From Escherichia coli (GTDB taxonomy: Bacteria; Pseudomonadota; Gammaproteobacteria; Enterobacterales; Enterobacteriaceae): DNA of 64,000 nt. The stretch lies in the NCBI RefSeq assembly GCF_050920415.1, contig NZ_CP169309.1, one strand, 5' to 3'. Positions 31,130 to 42,772 of the stretch are shown piece after piece. The first letter of the stretch is position 1; each line of letters starts with the position of its first letter. Under the pieces are notes generated by a model. The model saw nothing but the letters and a program-made list of their open reading frames with translations, was not told the origin of the DNA and did not search any database. The position numbers and the translations under genes were made by a program.

Positions 31130-33184
31130 CTACGGTTTTCTCGCCACCGGCACATCCAGATTTTTCAGTATTTCGACAAAGGGAGAGGGATTCTCTTTGT
31201 TAAACAATGCCCATACCCGATGGCGTGCCCGGGTCAGCGCCACGTACATTAACCGCCGTTCTTCAGCGTCCGGAAAATCCTCAACCGGGGGTAGTAGCGC
31301 CTCTTCCATAATCGACTCCCGCGCCGCAGCCGGAAAACCATCACTCCCCTCCTGCAAGCCAACGATGATGACGTAATCCGCCTGTTGCCCTTTGCTGGCA
31401 TGAATGGTCATAAAATCGATTTGCAACTTCGGCCAGCGTGTTGCCGCTTTTTCCAGGCTGGCAGGCCTCATGTGATGGTAACGCGCCAGGATCAGAATGC
31501 GCTCTTCCGGTTTGGCATAACCAGAGAGCTTATCCAGCAAAGCATCAAGTTGACTCTCATCCAATAACGTGACGGCTTTTTTGTCTCCATTGGTTAAGCT
31601 GTTTAGCGGCTTTTTCAGCTGGCCAGGGTTCTGCTGAATAAAACGGTTTGCCACCTCACCGATACGACTGTTAAAACGGTAAGTCGTGTCTAAATCACAG
31701 CGATCGCCTTCACCAAAGTTTTCATGGAAAGCGGTGGTGAGCGACATTTGCGCACCGCTGAAACGGTAAATCGCCTGCCAGTCATCGCCAACGGCGAACA
31801 ACGTCGTTTGACTGTTTTGCTTGCGTAATGCCGCTAACAACGCTGCACGCTGCGGCGAGATATCCTGAAATTCATCAACCAGAATATGCTTCCACGGGCT
31901 GATAAAGCGACCTTTCTCCAGAATCACAATCGCCTGGTGAATAAGGCCGGAAAAATCGACAGCGTTTTCTGCCTTCAGCGCACCTTTCCAGGCTTTTAAT
32001 AACGGGGCCATCAACTTGATACGTTTACTGAATAGATCGCGAATCTCTTCGGGCGCACTGGCAATCATTTCTGCCTGTGCACCGCCGTGCATTCGCATCA
32101 GACTTACCCAGCGATCGAGGCGAGAAGCAAGACGACGCTGTAATTTCTCATCATCCCAGAAGTTACCTTCTGGCACTGACCACTGCATTTCTTCCGTCAG
32201 CCATTGCCGCCAGCCCTTCGCCTGCGCTTTCTTTTCGCTGCATTGCTTACGCCACTCAGCAATAAAGAGTTCATGACGGGCAGCGGTATCATTTTCTAGT
32301 TTGCTGACTGTCGGCACTTTTTTGCTGCCCTGCTGAATAATATGCAGCGCCAGCGCATGAAACGTGCGCGCGGTAATGTCTTCGGTATGTAGCCGTTCGC
32401 GAATACGCTCATCCATCTCTTCAGCAGCTTTGCGACCAAAAGCCAGCAATAAAATTTGTTCAGGAGCGGCGTCACCTCGCGCCAGCAACCAGCCTGCACG
32501 GGCCACCAGCACCGACGTTTTTCCGCTTCCTGCACCGGCCAGCACTAACAGAGAATGCTCGCCGTTAACGACTGCCCGGGCCTGCGCCGGATTCAGCGGT
32601 GAAGACTCAACCTGACGGAAAAAATCCGCATACTCGGTAAGCATAGCTTCGGTATACGCCTGATTATGCTGCAACCGAGCGCCTTCAATATCTTTTAACC
32701 AGGCCTGACATTTACGCCACGCCTCACGGCAGTTATCGAATTCTTCCAGTCGGTTGACCGGCAACGGCAACGCCAACAAAGCCTGGCGGATTTGTTGCTG
32801 CACGCCAGAAGTTTGCTCACGCGTCAGCCATTTATTTTCTCCGGTGCGCGTGGCAATCAAATCCAGTTGCTGCTGTAAAACACCTGCCGCAATTTCGCTC
32901 ATCTCCGCACTCCACCGCCGCCAGTGAGCATCAAGATGATGGTAAAAACGCTGCGTCTCGCCCCATTCGGTGCCGTGCAGACGCACCACTTTTTCGTCCG
33001 GCAGTACAAATTCCAGCTCGCCCCATACCAGACCGCGCTTACAGTGAATTGCCAGTAATTGATTGAAAGGAATAAGGTATTCGTGGCGATCGCCGGAGAC
33101 TTTAATCCCGGCATTGAGGATCACCGCCCGATCGTAAGGGTGCTGTGCCAGACGTTTTCCAAGCGTTGTCGCTTTCAGTTCCAT
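31130..33184 (-). CDS. helD: DNA helicase IV
   Basis: 684 aa; Walker A GAGSGKT, UvrD-like motifs; start at internal MELKATTLG. Confidence 0.92.
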   Translation of the reverse strand: MELKATTLGKRLAQHPYDRAVILNAGIKVSGDRHEYLIPFNQLLAIHCKRGLVWGELEFVLPDEKVVRLHGTEWGETQRFYHHLDAHWRRWSAEMSEIAAGVLQQQLDLIATRTGENKWLTREQTSGVQQQIRQALLALPLPVNRLEEFDNCREAWRKCQAWLKDIEGARLQHNQAYTEAMLTEYADFFRQVESSPLNPAQARAVVNGEHSLLVLAGAGSGKTSVLVARAGWLLARGDAAPEQILLLAFGRKAAEEMDERIRERLHTEDITARTFHALALHIIQQGSKKVPTVSKLENDTAARHELFIAEWRKQCSEKKAQAKGWRQWLTEEMQWSVPEGNFWDDEKLQRRLASRLDRWVSLMRMHGGAQAEMIASAPEEIRDLFSKRIKLMAPLLKAWKGALKAENAVDFSGLIHQAIVILEKGRFISPWKHILVDEFQDISPQRAALLAALRKQNSQTTLFAVGDDWQAIYRFSGAQMSLTTAFHENFGEGDRCDLDTTYRFNSRIGEVANRFIQQNPGQLKKPLNSLTNGDKKAVTLLDESQLDALLDKLSGYAKPEERILILARYHHMRPASLEKAATRWPKLQIDFMTIHASKGQQADYVIIVGLQEGSDGFPAAARESIMEEALLPPVEDFPDAEERRLMYVALTRARHRVWALFNKENPSPFVEILKNLDVPVARKP

Positions 33185-33306
33185 GACTCTGTAGATCCAC
33201 ACGAAATGATTTCTTATCAGTGTAACCGTCAGAGAAAACGTGCTCCAGCCCAAAAAAACGTTACAATTGCCGCCCATTACTGAAAACCACAGTAAAGCGA
33301 GGTTTT

Positions 33307-33753
33307 ATGCGTACCGTTTTGAACATTCTGAACTTTGTGCTTGGCGGATTTGCCACCACTCTGGGCTGGCTGTTGGCGACTCTGGTCAGTATTGTGCTAA
33401 TTTTTACCTTACCGCTGACACGATCCTGCTGGGAGATCACTAAACTGTCTCTGGTGCCTTATGGCAATGAAGCTATTCATGTCGATGAACTGAACCCGGC
33501 TGGCAAAAATGTGCTGCTGAATACTGGCGGTACGGTATTGAATATTTTCTGGCTGATTTTCTTTGGCTGGTGGTTATGCCTGATGCACATTGCAACGGGC
33601 ATCGCACAATGTATTTCCATCATTGGCATTCCTGTCGGCATTGCGAACTTTAAAATTGCCGCTATTGCACTATGGCCGGTCGGTCGTCGCGTGGTATCGG
33701 TAGAAACAGCGCAAGCTGCGCGTGAAGCCAATGCACGTCGTCGTTTTGAATAA
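33307..33753 (+). CDS. yccF: Inner-membrane protein YccF
   Basis: 148-aa hydrophobic ORF; synteny. Confidence 0.88.
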   Translation: MRTVLNILNFVLGGFATTLGWLLATLVSIVLIFTLPLTRSCWEITKLSLVPYGNEAIHVDELNPAGKNVLLNTGGTVLNIFWLIFFGWWLCLMHIATGIAQCISIIGIPVGIANFKIAAIALWPVGRRVVSVETAQAAREANARRRFE

Positions 33754-33771
33754 TCCACTAATATGGCCTTT

Positions 33772-35925
33772 ATGCTAAGTCCTTTGCTCAAACGCTATAC
33801 CTGGAACAGCGCCTGGCTGTATTACGCGCGTATTTTTATTGCGCTTTGTGGAACCACAGCGTTTCCGTGGTGGCTGGGTGATGTAAAACTGACGATTCCG
33901 CTGACGCTGGGGATGGTGGCAGCGGCGCTGACAGATCTCGATGACCGGCTGGCGGGACGTTTGCGTAACCTCATCATTACGCTGTTCTGCTTTTTTATCG
34001 CCTCGGCCTCAGTAGAATTGCTGTTTCCCTGGCCCTGGCTATTTGCAATTGGTTTAACGCTCTCTACCAGCGGCTTCATTTTGCTCGGCGGTCTGGGTCA
34101 ACGCTATGCAACAATTGCCTTCGGTGCGTTACTGATCGCCATTTACACTATGTTGGGGACGTCACTGTATGAGCACTGGTATCAGCAGCCGATGTATCTG
34201 CTGGCCGGTGCCGTCTGGTACAACGTCCTGACACTTATTGGTCATCTACTGTTCCCGGTCCGCCCGCTGCAGGACAACCTGGCGCGTTGCTATGAACAAC
34301 TGGCGCGTTACCTTGAGCTCAAGTCACGCATGTTTGATCCTGATATTGAAGATGAAAGCCAGGCACCGCTGTACGATTTGGCTCTCGCCAACGGTCAGCT
34401 GATGGCGACATTGAATCAGACGAAACTCTCGCTGCTGACCCGCTTACGTGGCGATCGTGGTCAACGGGGAACGCGTCGCACGCTGCATTATTACTTTGTC
34501 GCGCAGGATATTCACGAGCGTGCCAGCTCTTCTCATATTCAGTATCAAACATTGCGTGAACATTTTCGCCACAGCGACGTGCTGTTCCGTTTTCAGCGAC
34601 TGATGTCGATGCAGGGCCAGGCGTGCCAGCAACTGTCACGCTGTATTTTGCTGCGTCAGCCTTATCAACATGATCCGCATTTTGAGCGCGCTTTTACGCA
34701 TATTGATGCTGCGCTAGAGCGGATGCGCGATAACGGCGCGCCTGCCGATTTACTCAAAACACTGGGATTTTTGCTGAACAATTTACGCGCTATTGATGCC
34801 CAACTGGCAACAATTGAATCAGAACAGGCCCAGGCACTGCCCCATAATAATGACGAAAATGAGCTCGCTGATGACAGCCCGCACGGATTGAGTGATATCT
34901 GGCTGCGTCTTAGCCGTCACTTCACACCGGAATCCGCCCTCTTCCGTCATGCGGTAAGAATGTCGCTGGTGTTGTGCTTCGGCTACGCCATCATTCAGAT
35001 AACCGGAATGCATCACGGGTATTGGATCTTGCTGACAAGTTTGTTTGTCTGCCAGCCAAACTATAACGCCACGCGCCACCGCCTGAAGTTAAGGATTATT
35101 GGTACGCTGGTAGGTATCGCCATTGGCATTCCTGTGCTGTGGTTTGTGCCGTCACTGGAAGGGCAGCTGGTGCTGCTGGTTATTACCGGCGTGCTCTTTT
35201 TTGCCTTCCGTAACGTGCAATATGCCCATGCAACGATGTTCATCACACTTTTGGTGCTACTTTGTTTTAACTTGCTGGGTGAAGGTTTCGAAGTGGCGTT
35301 ACCTCGCGTAATCGATACGCTGATTGGTTGTGCCATTGCGTGGGCGGCGGTGAGCTACATCTGGCCTGACTGGAAGTTTCGCAATCTGCCGCGCATGCTC
35401 GAACGTGCCACCGAGGCCAACTGTCGCTATCTCGATGCCATACTGGAGCAATACCATCAGGGGCGTGATAACCGTCTGGCGTATCGTATTGCCCGCCGCG
35501 ATGCACACAACCGTGATGCTGAACTGGCGTCGGTGGTATCAAATATGTCCAGCGAGCCGAACGTTACCCCGCAAATTCGCGAGGCCGCGTTTCGGTTGCT
35601 GTGCCTTAACCATACGTTTACCAGCTATATCTCAGCCCTCGGTGCTCACCGGGAGCAGTTAACTAATCCTGAAATTCTGGCGTTTCTTGATGACGCAGTT
35701 TGCTATGTTGATGACGCGCTACATCATCAACCTGCTGATGAAGAACGCGTCAATCAGGCATTAGCTGACCTGAAACAGCGGATGCAGCAACTTGAACCAC
35801 GGGCAGACAGCAAAGAACCTCTGGTCGTACAACAAGTCGGGTTATTGATTGCATTACTGCCAGAGATTGGTCGTCTGCAACGCCAGATTACTCAAGTTCC
35901 GCAGGAAACTCCTGTTTCGGCGTAA
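33772..35925 (+). CDS. yccS: Inner-membrane protein YccS (FUSC/YccS family)
   Basis: About 717-aa polytopic ORF; start uncertain by a few codons. Confidence 0.85.
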   Translation: MLSPLLKRYTWNSAWLYYARIFIALCGTTAFPWWLGDVKLTIPLTLGMVAAALTDLDDRLAGRLRNLIITLFCFFIASASVELLFPWPWLFAIGLTLSTSGFILLGGLGQRYATIAFGALLIAIYTMLGTSLYEHWYQQPMYLLAGAVWYNVLTLIGHLLFPVRPLQDNLARCYEQLARYLELKSRMFDPDIEDESQAPLYDLALANGQLMATLNQTKLSLLTRLRGDRGQRGTRRTLHYYFVAQDIHERASSSHIQYQTLREHFRHSDVLFRFQRLMSMQGQACQQLSRCILLRQPYQHDPHFERAFTHIDAALERMRDNGAPADLLKTLGFLLNNLRAIDAQLATIESEQAQALPHNNDENELADDSPHGLSDIWLRLSRHFTPESALFRHAVRMSLVLCFGYAIIQITGMHHGYWILLTSLFVCQPNYNATRHRLKLRIIGTLVGIAIGIPVLWFVPSLEGQLVLLVITGVLFFAFRNVQYAHATMFITLLVLLCFNLLGEGFEVALPRVIDTLIGCAIAWAAVSYIWPDWKFRNLPRMLERATEANCRYLDAILEQYHQGRDNRLAYRIARRDAHNRDAELASVVSNMSSEPNVTPQIREAAFRLLCLNHTFTSYISALGAHREQLTNPEILAFLDDAVCYVDDALHHQPADEERVNQALADLKQRMQQLEPRADSKEPLVVQQVGLLIALLPEIGRLQRQITQVPQETPVSA

Positions 35926-36517
35926 GAGAGTCAGCCCATTCTGCAAGCTCCTGGCGGCGTGCCACCGGGAGCGCAGCTTCATGAATGCCGATAATGGCCC
36001 CTTCAAGCATAAACAGAATCTTTTCTGTCACCAGACTGTTTTGCTGCCGCAGTCGCAACCAACACATTTTTGCCCCAAGTATACGTAACGCCCGTACATC
36101 CTTAATCCCCACCTCCCCGAGTATCGCTTCCAGATGAAAAGACATATTGGGCAAATCTTTCAGTCTTTCCCGGGTATTGCGCGTGCTTTTCTCTTTCAGC
36201 GCTGCATCGAGAGAATATTTCGACAGACGCACCAGCTTCAGTTGATTTCGCCATAGACTTTCATCAACCCGATAGTAATTGAGGGTAACGGATCGGCCAC
36301 ACTTTTTATATGTCAGCCAGACAGGCGGATGTTTTACACAGTACTGTGCACTTTGCTCACAAGCCCGAAGATACAACTCACCATCAGAAACCATCGCAAA
36401 CACCGTGTCGTCAACGGTCAGGCTGTAACTACCAAACAATGATCGGTATTCAATTGTGCCCAACGTTGCCAGGTATTCTTGTGATTTATAGATCCGCTTA
36501 TAGGAGAGGCTTTTCAT
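35888..36517 (-). CDS. sxy: Sxy/TfoX competence regulator
   Basis: 209 aa MKSLSYKRIYKSQEYLATLGTIEYRSLFGSYSL...; 3' end overlaps yccS 3' end by 38 nt. Confidence 0.9.
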   Translation of the reverse strand: MKSLSYKRIYKSQEYLATLGTIEYRSLFGSYSLTVDDTVFAMVSDGELYLRACEQSAQYCVKHPPVWLTYKKCGRSVTLNYYRVDESLWRNQLKLVRLSKYSLDAALKEKSTRNTRERLKDLPNMSFHLEAILGEVGIKDVRALRILGAKMCWLRLRQQNSLVTEKILFMLEGAIIGIHEAALPVARRQELAEWADSLTPKQEFPAELE

Positions 36518-36693
36518 AAAATTCCTTTTAAAATCATAACATAAAAGAATGATTCACATTAACGGATCCGTTAACTACGAAAATAGGCAACTTATTCTTA
36601 AGGGGCAAGATTAATTTATGTTTTCCCGTCACTAACGACAAAATTTGCGAGGCTCTTTCCGAAAATAGGGTTGATCTTTGTCGTCACTGGATG

Positions 36694-36713
36694 TACTGTA
36701 CATCCATACAGTA
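36694..36713. promoter_or_regulatory. LexA (SOS) box in sulA promoter
   Basis: TACTGTACATCCATACAGTA, palindromic CTGT-N8-ACAG, 23 nt upstream of sulA start. Confidence 0.85.
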
Positions 36714-36735
36714 ACTCACAGGGGCTGGATTGATT

Positions 36736-37245
36736 ATGTACACTTCAGGCTATGCACATCGTTCTTCGTCGTTCTCATCCGCAGCAAGTAAAATTGCGCG
36801 TGTCTCTACGGAAAACACTACAGCCGGGCTTATCAGTGAAGTTGTCTATCGCGAAGATCAGCCCATGATGACGCAACTTCTACTGTTGCCATTGTTACAG
36901 CAACTCGGTCAGCAATCGCGCTGGCAACTCTGGTTAACACCGCAACAAAAACTGAGTCGGGAATGGGTACAGGCATCTGGGCTACCCTTAACGAAAGTGA
37001 TGCAGATTAGCCAGCTCTCCCCTTGCCACACTGTGGAGTCAATGGTTCGCGCTTTACGCACGGGCAATTACAGTGTGGTGATCGGTTGGTTGGCAGATGA
37101 TTTGACTGAAGAAGAGCATGCTGAACTTGTTGATGCGGCAAATGAAGGTAACGCTATGGGGTTTATTATGCGTCCGGTAAGCGCATCCTCTCACGCAACG
37201 AGACAACTTTCCGGGCTAAAAATTCACTCTAATTTGTATCATTAA
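36736..37245 (+). CDS. sulA: SulA, SOS cell-division inhibitor
   Basis: 169 aa [38 protein letters not shown]... Confidence 0.93.
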
Positions 37246-37601
37246 GTAAATTTAGGAGTAATCCTGGAACTTTTTTTGTCGCCCAGCCAATGCTTTCAGT
37301 CGTGACTAATATTCCTTGCGAAGTCTTGTCTGAAGCGGTTTCCGCGATTTTCCTCTGTAAATTGCCGCTGACAAAAAAGATTAAACATACCTTATACAAG
37401 ACTTTTTTTTCATATGCCTGACGGAGTTCACACTTGTAAGTTTTCAACTACGTTGTAGACTTTACATCGCCAGGGGTGCTCGGCATAAGCCGAAGATATC
37501 GGTAGAGTTAATATTGAGCAGATCCCCCGGTGAAGGATTTAACCGTGTTATCTCGTTGGAGATATTCATGGCGTATTTTGGATGATAACGAGGCGCAAAA
37601 A

Positions 37602-38654
37602 ATGAAAAAGACAGCTATCGCGATTGCAGTGGCACTGGCTGGTTTCGCTACCGTAGCGCAGGCCGCTCCGAAAGATAACACCTGGTACACTGGTGCTAAA
37701 CTGGGCTGGTCCCAGTACCATGACACTGGTTTCATCAACAACAATGGTCCGACCCACGAAAACCAACTGGGTGCAGGTGCTTTTGGTGGTTACCAGGTTA
37801 ACCCGTATGTTGGCTTTGAAATGGGTTACGACTGGTTAGGTCGTATGCCGTACAAAGGCGACAACATCAATGGCGCATATAAAGCTCAGGGCGTTCAACT
37901 GACCGCCAAACTGGGTTACCCAATCACTGACGATCTGGACATCTACACTCGTCTGGGTGGTATGGTATGGCGTGCAGACACCAAGGCTAACGTACCTGGT
38001 GGCGCATCCTTTAAAGACCACGATACCGGTGTTTCTCCGGTCTTCGCTGGCGGTGTTGAGTACGCGATCACTCCTGAAATCGCTACCCGTCTGGAATACC
38101 AGTGGACCAACAACATCGGTGACGCACACACCATCGGTACTCGTCCGGACAACGGCCTGCTGAGCCTGGGTGTTTCCTACCGTTTCGGTCAGGGCGAAGC
38201 AGCTCCAGTAGTTGCTCCGGCACCAGCTCCGGCACCGGAAGTACAGACCAAGCACTTCACTCTGAAGTCTGACGTTCTGTTCAACTTCAACAAAGCAACC
38301 CTGAAACCGGAAGGTCAGGCTGCTCTGGATCAGCTGTACAGCCAGCTGAGCAACCTGGATCCGAAAGATGGTTCCGTAGTTGTTCTGGGTTACACTGACC
38401 GCATCGGTTCTGACGCTTACAACCAGGGTCTGTCCGAGCGTCGTGCTCAGTCCGTTGTTGATTACCTGATCTCCAAAGGTATCCCGGCAGACAAAATCTC
38501 TGCACGTGGTATGGGTGAATCCAACCCGGTTACTGGCAACACCTGTGACAACGTGAAACAGCGTGCTGCGCTGATCGACTGCCTGGCTCCGGATCGTCGC
38601 GTAGAGATCGAAGTTAAAGGCATCAAAGACGTTGTAACTCAGCCGCAGGCTTAA
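37602..38654 (+). CDS. ompA: Outer membrane protein A (variant surface-loop allele)
   Basis: [21 protein letters not shown] signal, beta-barrel, [13 protein letters not shown] hinge, C-terminal OmpA-like domain; preceded by long 5' UTR. Confidence 0.93.
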   Translation: MKKTAIAIAVALAGFATVAQAAPKDNTWYTGAKLGWSQYHDTGFINNNGPTHENQLGAGAFGGYQVNPYVGFEMGYDWLGRMPYKGDNINGAYKAQGVQLTAKLGYPITDDLDIYTRLGGMVWRADTKANVPGGASFKDHDTGVSPVFAGGVEYAITPEIATRLEYQWTNNIGDAHTIGTRPDNGLLSLGVSYRFGQGEAAPVVAPAPAPAPEVQTKHFTLKSDVLFNFNKATLKPEGQAALDQLYSQLSNLDPKDGSVVVLGYTDRIGSDAYNQGLSERRAQSVVDYLISKGIPADKISARGMGESNPVTGNTCDNVKQRAALIDCLAPDRRVEIEVKGIKDVVTQPQA

Positions 38655-38670
38655 GTTATCGTCTGATAGA

Positions 38671-38698
38671 AAAACCCCGCAGCTGCGGGGTTTTTTTT
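38671..38698 (+). terminator. ompA intrinsic terminator
   Basis: AAAAACCCCGCAGCTGCGGGGTTTTTTTT. Confidence 0.85.
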
Positions 38699-38730
38699 CG
38701 CCTTGCGTAAATTGAACTGACTTTCGACAG

Positions 38731-39183
38731 TTATTCCTTACCCAGCAATGCCTGCAGATCCTGCTTTAGAGAAGACATTTTATTCGCGTATTTCTCTTTG
38801 TTTTCCGCATCTTCAATCAGCTGAACAATCGTTTCAGAAAGCGTTTTACCGCGACGCTGCGCAAGACCAGCCAGACGTTGCCAGACAATAAATTCCAGAT
38901 CGATCGATTTTTTGCGCGTATGCTGGTGTTCCGCATTAAAATGGCGCTTCCGTCTGGCCCGAATGGTTTGCTTCATGCGATTGACCAGTTCCGGATTCAT
39001 ATGCTTGTCAATCCAGCCATTTACCAGCACGGGTTCATTTTCCAGCGAGAGCAACACATCGACGGCTTCCTGGGCGGCACTGGCTTCTATGTAACGGGTG
39101 ATTAACTCCCCTTCGCGGTGCTTCTTCACCAGATACTTCCATTTCCAACCGCTTTCAAGATTTTCAAGTTGTTGATATTTCAT
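38731..39183 (-). CDS. matP: MatP, Ter macrodomain organiser
   Basis: 150 aa [41 protein letters not shown]... Confidence 0.9.
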
Positions 39184-39368
39184 AGCGATCTCAATGTTAC
39201 CGTGTAACTCTTTACAGAATATCAGCTTTTTAGGCCAGTGAAGAAAAGAATCTCCATCCTGTGAGCTTTAACGCCCATGCCAGGAGTATTGTCGGTGCTT
39301 TCTACGTGTGCTGCAGTGCCGGTTACGGTATAATCGCGGCTTTGACAACAGACTAAAAAACATCAACT

Positions 39369-41129
39369 TTGACCATTACGAAACTTGCATGGCGTGACCT
39401 GGTTCCTGATACCGATAGCTATCAGGAAATATATGCTCAGCCACATTTGATTGACGAAAACGATCCTATATTCAGTGATACTCAACCGCGACTGCAATTT
39501 GCGCTGGAGCAGTTGCTGCATACGCGAGCATCCTCCTCTTTTATGCTGGCGAAGGCCCCGGAAGAGTCTGAGTATCTGAATCTTATTGCCGATGCCGCGC
39601 GTGCGCTACAAAGCGATGCAGGCCAACTGGTGGGCGGTCACTATGAGGTTTCCGGCCACACCATCCGCTTACGTAACGCAGTGAGTGCAGATGATAATTT
39701 TGCGACTTTAACGCAAGTTGTCACTGCCGACTGGGTAGAAGCGGAACAACTCTTTGGCTGCCTGCGCCAGTTTAATGGTGACATTACCCTGCAGCCAGGT
39801 CTGGTGCATCAGGCAAATGGCGGTATTCTCATCATCTCTTTGCGTACACTGCTGGCGCAACCTCTGCTGTGGATGCGGCTGAAAAATATCGTTAACCGCG
39901 AGCGTTTTGACTGGGTTGCGTTTGACGAGTCGCGCCCTCTCCCCGTCTCTGTGCCTTCGATGCCATTGAAGCTGAAAGTCATTCTGGTAGGCGAACGCGA
40001 ATCATTAGCTGATTTCCAGGAGATGGAGCCAGAGCTTGCTGAGCAGGCTATTTATAGCGAATTTGAAGATACTCTGCAGATTGTCGATGCGGAGTCAGTA
40101 AACCAGTGGTGTCGTTGGGTGACATTTACCGCCAGACATAACCACTTACCTGCACCGGGAGCGGATGCCTGGCCGGTACTTATTCGCGAAGCCGCACGCT
40201 ACACCGGTGAACAAGAAACACTGCCGCTTAGCCCGCAGTGGATCCTCCGCCAGTGTAAAGAGGTCGCCTCACTGTGTGATGGCGACACCTTCTCCGGCGA
40301 GCAGCTAAACTTAATGTTACAGCAGCGTGAATGGCGCGAAGGTTTCCTCGCTGAACGCATGCAGGATGAGATCCTTCAGGAGCAAATCCTGATTGAAACC
40401 GAAGGCGAACGCATCGGGCAAATTAACGCCCTTTCGGTCATTGAATTTCCGGGTCATCCGCGCGCTTTTGGCGAACCTTCTCGCATTAGCTGCGTTGTAC
40501 ATATTGGCGATGGTGAATTCACTGACATCGAACGCAAAGCGGAGCTTGGCGGCAATATCCATGCGAAAGGGATGATGATCATGCAGGCGTTCCTGATGTC
40601 GGAACTTCAGCTTGAGCAACAGATCCCCTTCTCAGCATCGCTGACATTTGAGCAGTCATATAGCGAAGTGGATGGCGATAGTGCCTCAATGGCTGAACTC
40701 TGCGCCCTGATAAGCGCCCTCGCCGATGTGCCGGTGAATCAGAGTATTGCTATCACAGGTTCAGTCGATCAATTCGGTCGCGCCCAGCCAGTCGGTGGTT
40801 TAAATGAGAAAATCGAAGGCTTCTTTGCTATTTGCCAGCAACGTGAGTTAACGGGGAAACAAGGTGTCATTATCCCCACTGCTAACGTTCGCCATTTAAG
40901 TCTTCACAGTGAACTGGTGAAAGCAGTAGAGGAAGGCAAATTCACCATCTGGGCAGTAGACGATGTGACTGAAGCACTGCCGTTATTATTAAATCTGGTG
41001 TGGGATGGCGAAGGCCAAACGACGCTGATGCAAACCATCCAGGAACGTATCGCGCAAGCATCGCAACAGGAAGGACGTCACCGTTTTCCATGGCCATTAC
41101 GTTGGCTGAACTGGTTTATTCCGAACTGA
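39369..41129 (+). CDS. ycbZ: Lon-like protease homolog YcbZ
   Basis: 586-aa ORF; C-terminal Lon protease domain with Ser-Lys dyad region. Confidence 0.85.
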
Positions 41130-41197
41130 TCGGACTTGTTCAGCGTACACGTGTTAGCTATCCTGCGTGCTTCAATAGAATAAGGCTTACAGAGAAC

Positions 41198-41716
41198 ATG
41201 GTAGATAAACGCGAATCCTATACAAAAGAAGACCTTCTTGCCTCTGGTCGCGGTGAACTGTTTGGCGCTAAAGGCCCGCAATTGCCAGCACCGAACATGC
41301 TGATGATGGACCGTGTCGTCAAAATGACCGAAACGGGGGGGAACTTCGACAAAGGGTATGTTGAAGCAGAACTGGATATCAATCCGGATCTGTGGTTCTT
41401 CGGATGCCACTTCATTGGCGATCCGGTTATGCCGGGATGCCTGGGTCTGGACGCAATGTGGCAGCTGGTAGGGTTCTACCTCGGCTGGCTGGGCGGCGAA
41501 GGTAAAGGCCGCGCACTGGGTGTTGGCGAAGTGAAATTCACTGGTCAGGTTCTGCCGACAGCAAAAAAAGTGACCTACCGTATTCACTTTAAACGCATTG
41601 TTAATCGTCGTCTGATTATGGGTCTGGCAGATGGCGAAGTGCTGGTTGATGGTCGTCTGATTTACACCGCCAGCGACCTGAAAGTCGGTCTGTTCCAGGA
41701 TACGTCTGCCTTCTGA
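41198..41716 (+). CDS. fabA: 3-hydroxydecanoyl-ACP dehydratase/isomerase FabA
   Basis: 172 aa [40 protein letters not shown]...; start inside longer ORF 41000..41716. Confidence 0.93.
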
Positions 41717-41743
41717 TTGAAATCAGACAGAGTATAAAAAGGC

Positions 41744-41775
41744 GAAACCTCCGCATTGCGGAGGTTTCTTTTTAA
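41744..41775. terminator. Bidirectional intrinsic terminator between fabA and rmf
   Basis: GAAACCTCCGCATTGCGGAGGTTTC flanked by A-run and T-run. Confidence 0.8.
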
Positions 41776-41785
41776 AGAGACAGAA

Positions 41786-41953
41786 TCAGGCCATTACTAC
41801 CCTGTCCGCCATGGCTTCTCGCCAGCCTCCCAGCCATTGTGACCTTTGATTCAGCGTCTGATAGGGACACATTTCTTTTGAGCGTCCGGCGATGCCGGCC
41901 TGATAACCACGTTGATGTGCCCGTTCCAGGCGATCTCGTTTTTGTCTCTTCAT
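41786..41953 (-). CDS. rmf: Ribosome modulation factor
   Basis: Hand translation MKRQKRDRLERAHQRG...DRVVMA (55 aa); below ORF track cutoff. Confidence 0.85.
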   Translation of the reverse strand: MKRQKRDRLERAHQRGYQAGIAGRSKEMCPYQTLNQRSQWLGGWREAMADRVVMA

Positions 41954-42208
41954 GCCTCGTTTCCCTCATACTGGTTTCTGGTGGAAAAGAAAACAGTGAT
42001 TACTAAATGTGCAATCACAGTTAAGCAATACCGCGAATCATAACTGCCGTCAATGCGCAAAATTCACGCCACTGTCATATTTGTGAGCTACACGGGCATG
42101 TCGGTTGTACAAAAAATGTGAAGAGGAACAACTTTTTCCGCATGTTAGAAACAAAAAAACCGCCTCAGGCTACATACCGGAGACGGTCATATTTACAAAT
42201 CTTTATAA

Positions 42209-42772
42209 TTAAGGTAGACGCTTTATCTCTTGCGCAATAGAAGCGGCTTCCTGACTCCAGATACTGGCCAGCACCTTAACCATCTCATCGTAACCATCCT
42301 GAGTTTGCACTCCTTCCAGACGGAACGGACGTTTGATCAGTTGTCCCTGGTGGTTCAACAGCCACTCACCACTGACAATGACCTTGCCATCATAGCGCCC
42401 GTTAAACTCCGTTACGGTAACATTGAGCGTATCCTGGGCGCTTCCCAGAGGCTGGGAGGCAACCACCCAGCCAGGCAGTTGCGTGCTCAGGTTGGCAACC
42501 AGAGTGTTGCGCAACTGTTGATCCAACGGGCTGGCCCACAAGTTGTTGTTGGCAATCACATACTTCACATCACTGGTTTGATAAACCACACCATTCCCCG
42601 CCAAATAGTCAGGAACAGCGACCTGCTCTACCCATAACAGGTGATTACCCTGGCTGGCGGTACTTTGTGTACCGCTCTGCACCACAGGTAGCTGGTAATA
42701 GTTTTTATTGATCTCGCCGGAGCTGCATCCGGCCAGCCACAGTGCCGCAATCGTTACTAGCCACTTTTTCAT
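42209..42772 (-). CDS. pqiC: PqiC (YmbA), lipoprotein of the PqiABC envelope transport system
   Basis: 187-aa ORF, lipoprotein signal LWLAGCSS; overlaps pqiB stop. Confidence 0.85.
   Translation of the reverse strand: MKKWLVTIAALWLAGCSSGEINKNYYQLPVVQSGTQSTASQGNHLLWVEQVAVPDYLAGNGVVYQTSDVKYVIANNNLWASPLDQQLRNTLVANLSTQLPGWVVASQPLGSAQDTLNVTVTEFNGRYDGKVIVSGEWLLNHQGQLIKRPFRLEGVQTQDGYDEMVKVLASIWSQEAASIAQEIKRLP

Noticed and set aside
41000-41197. Long N-terminal extension of fabA overlapping the ycbZ 3' end
   Set aside because: FabA begins at [10 protein letters not shown] (41198); the extension is an in-frame open stretch without a start signal.
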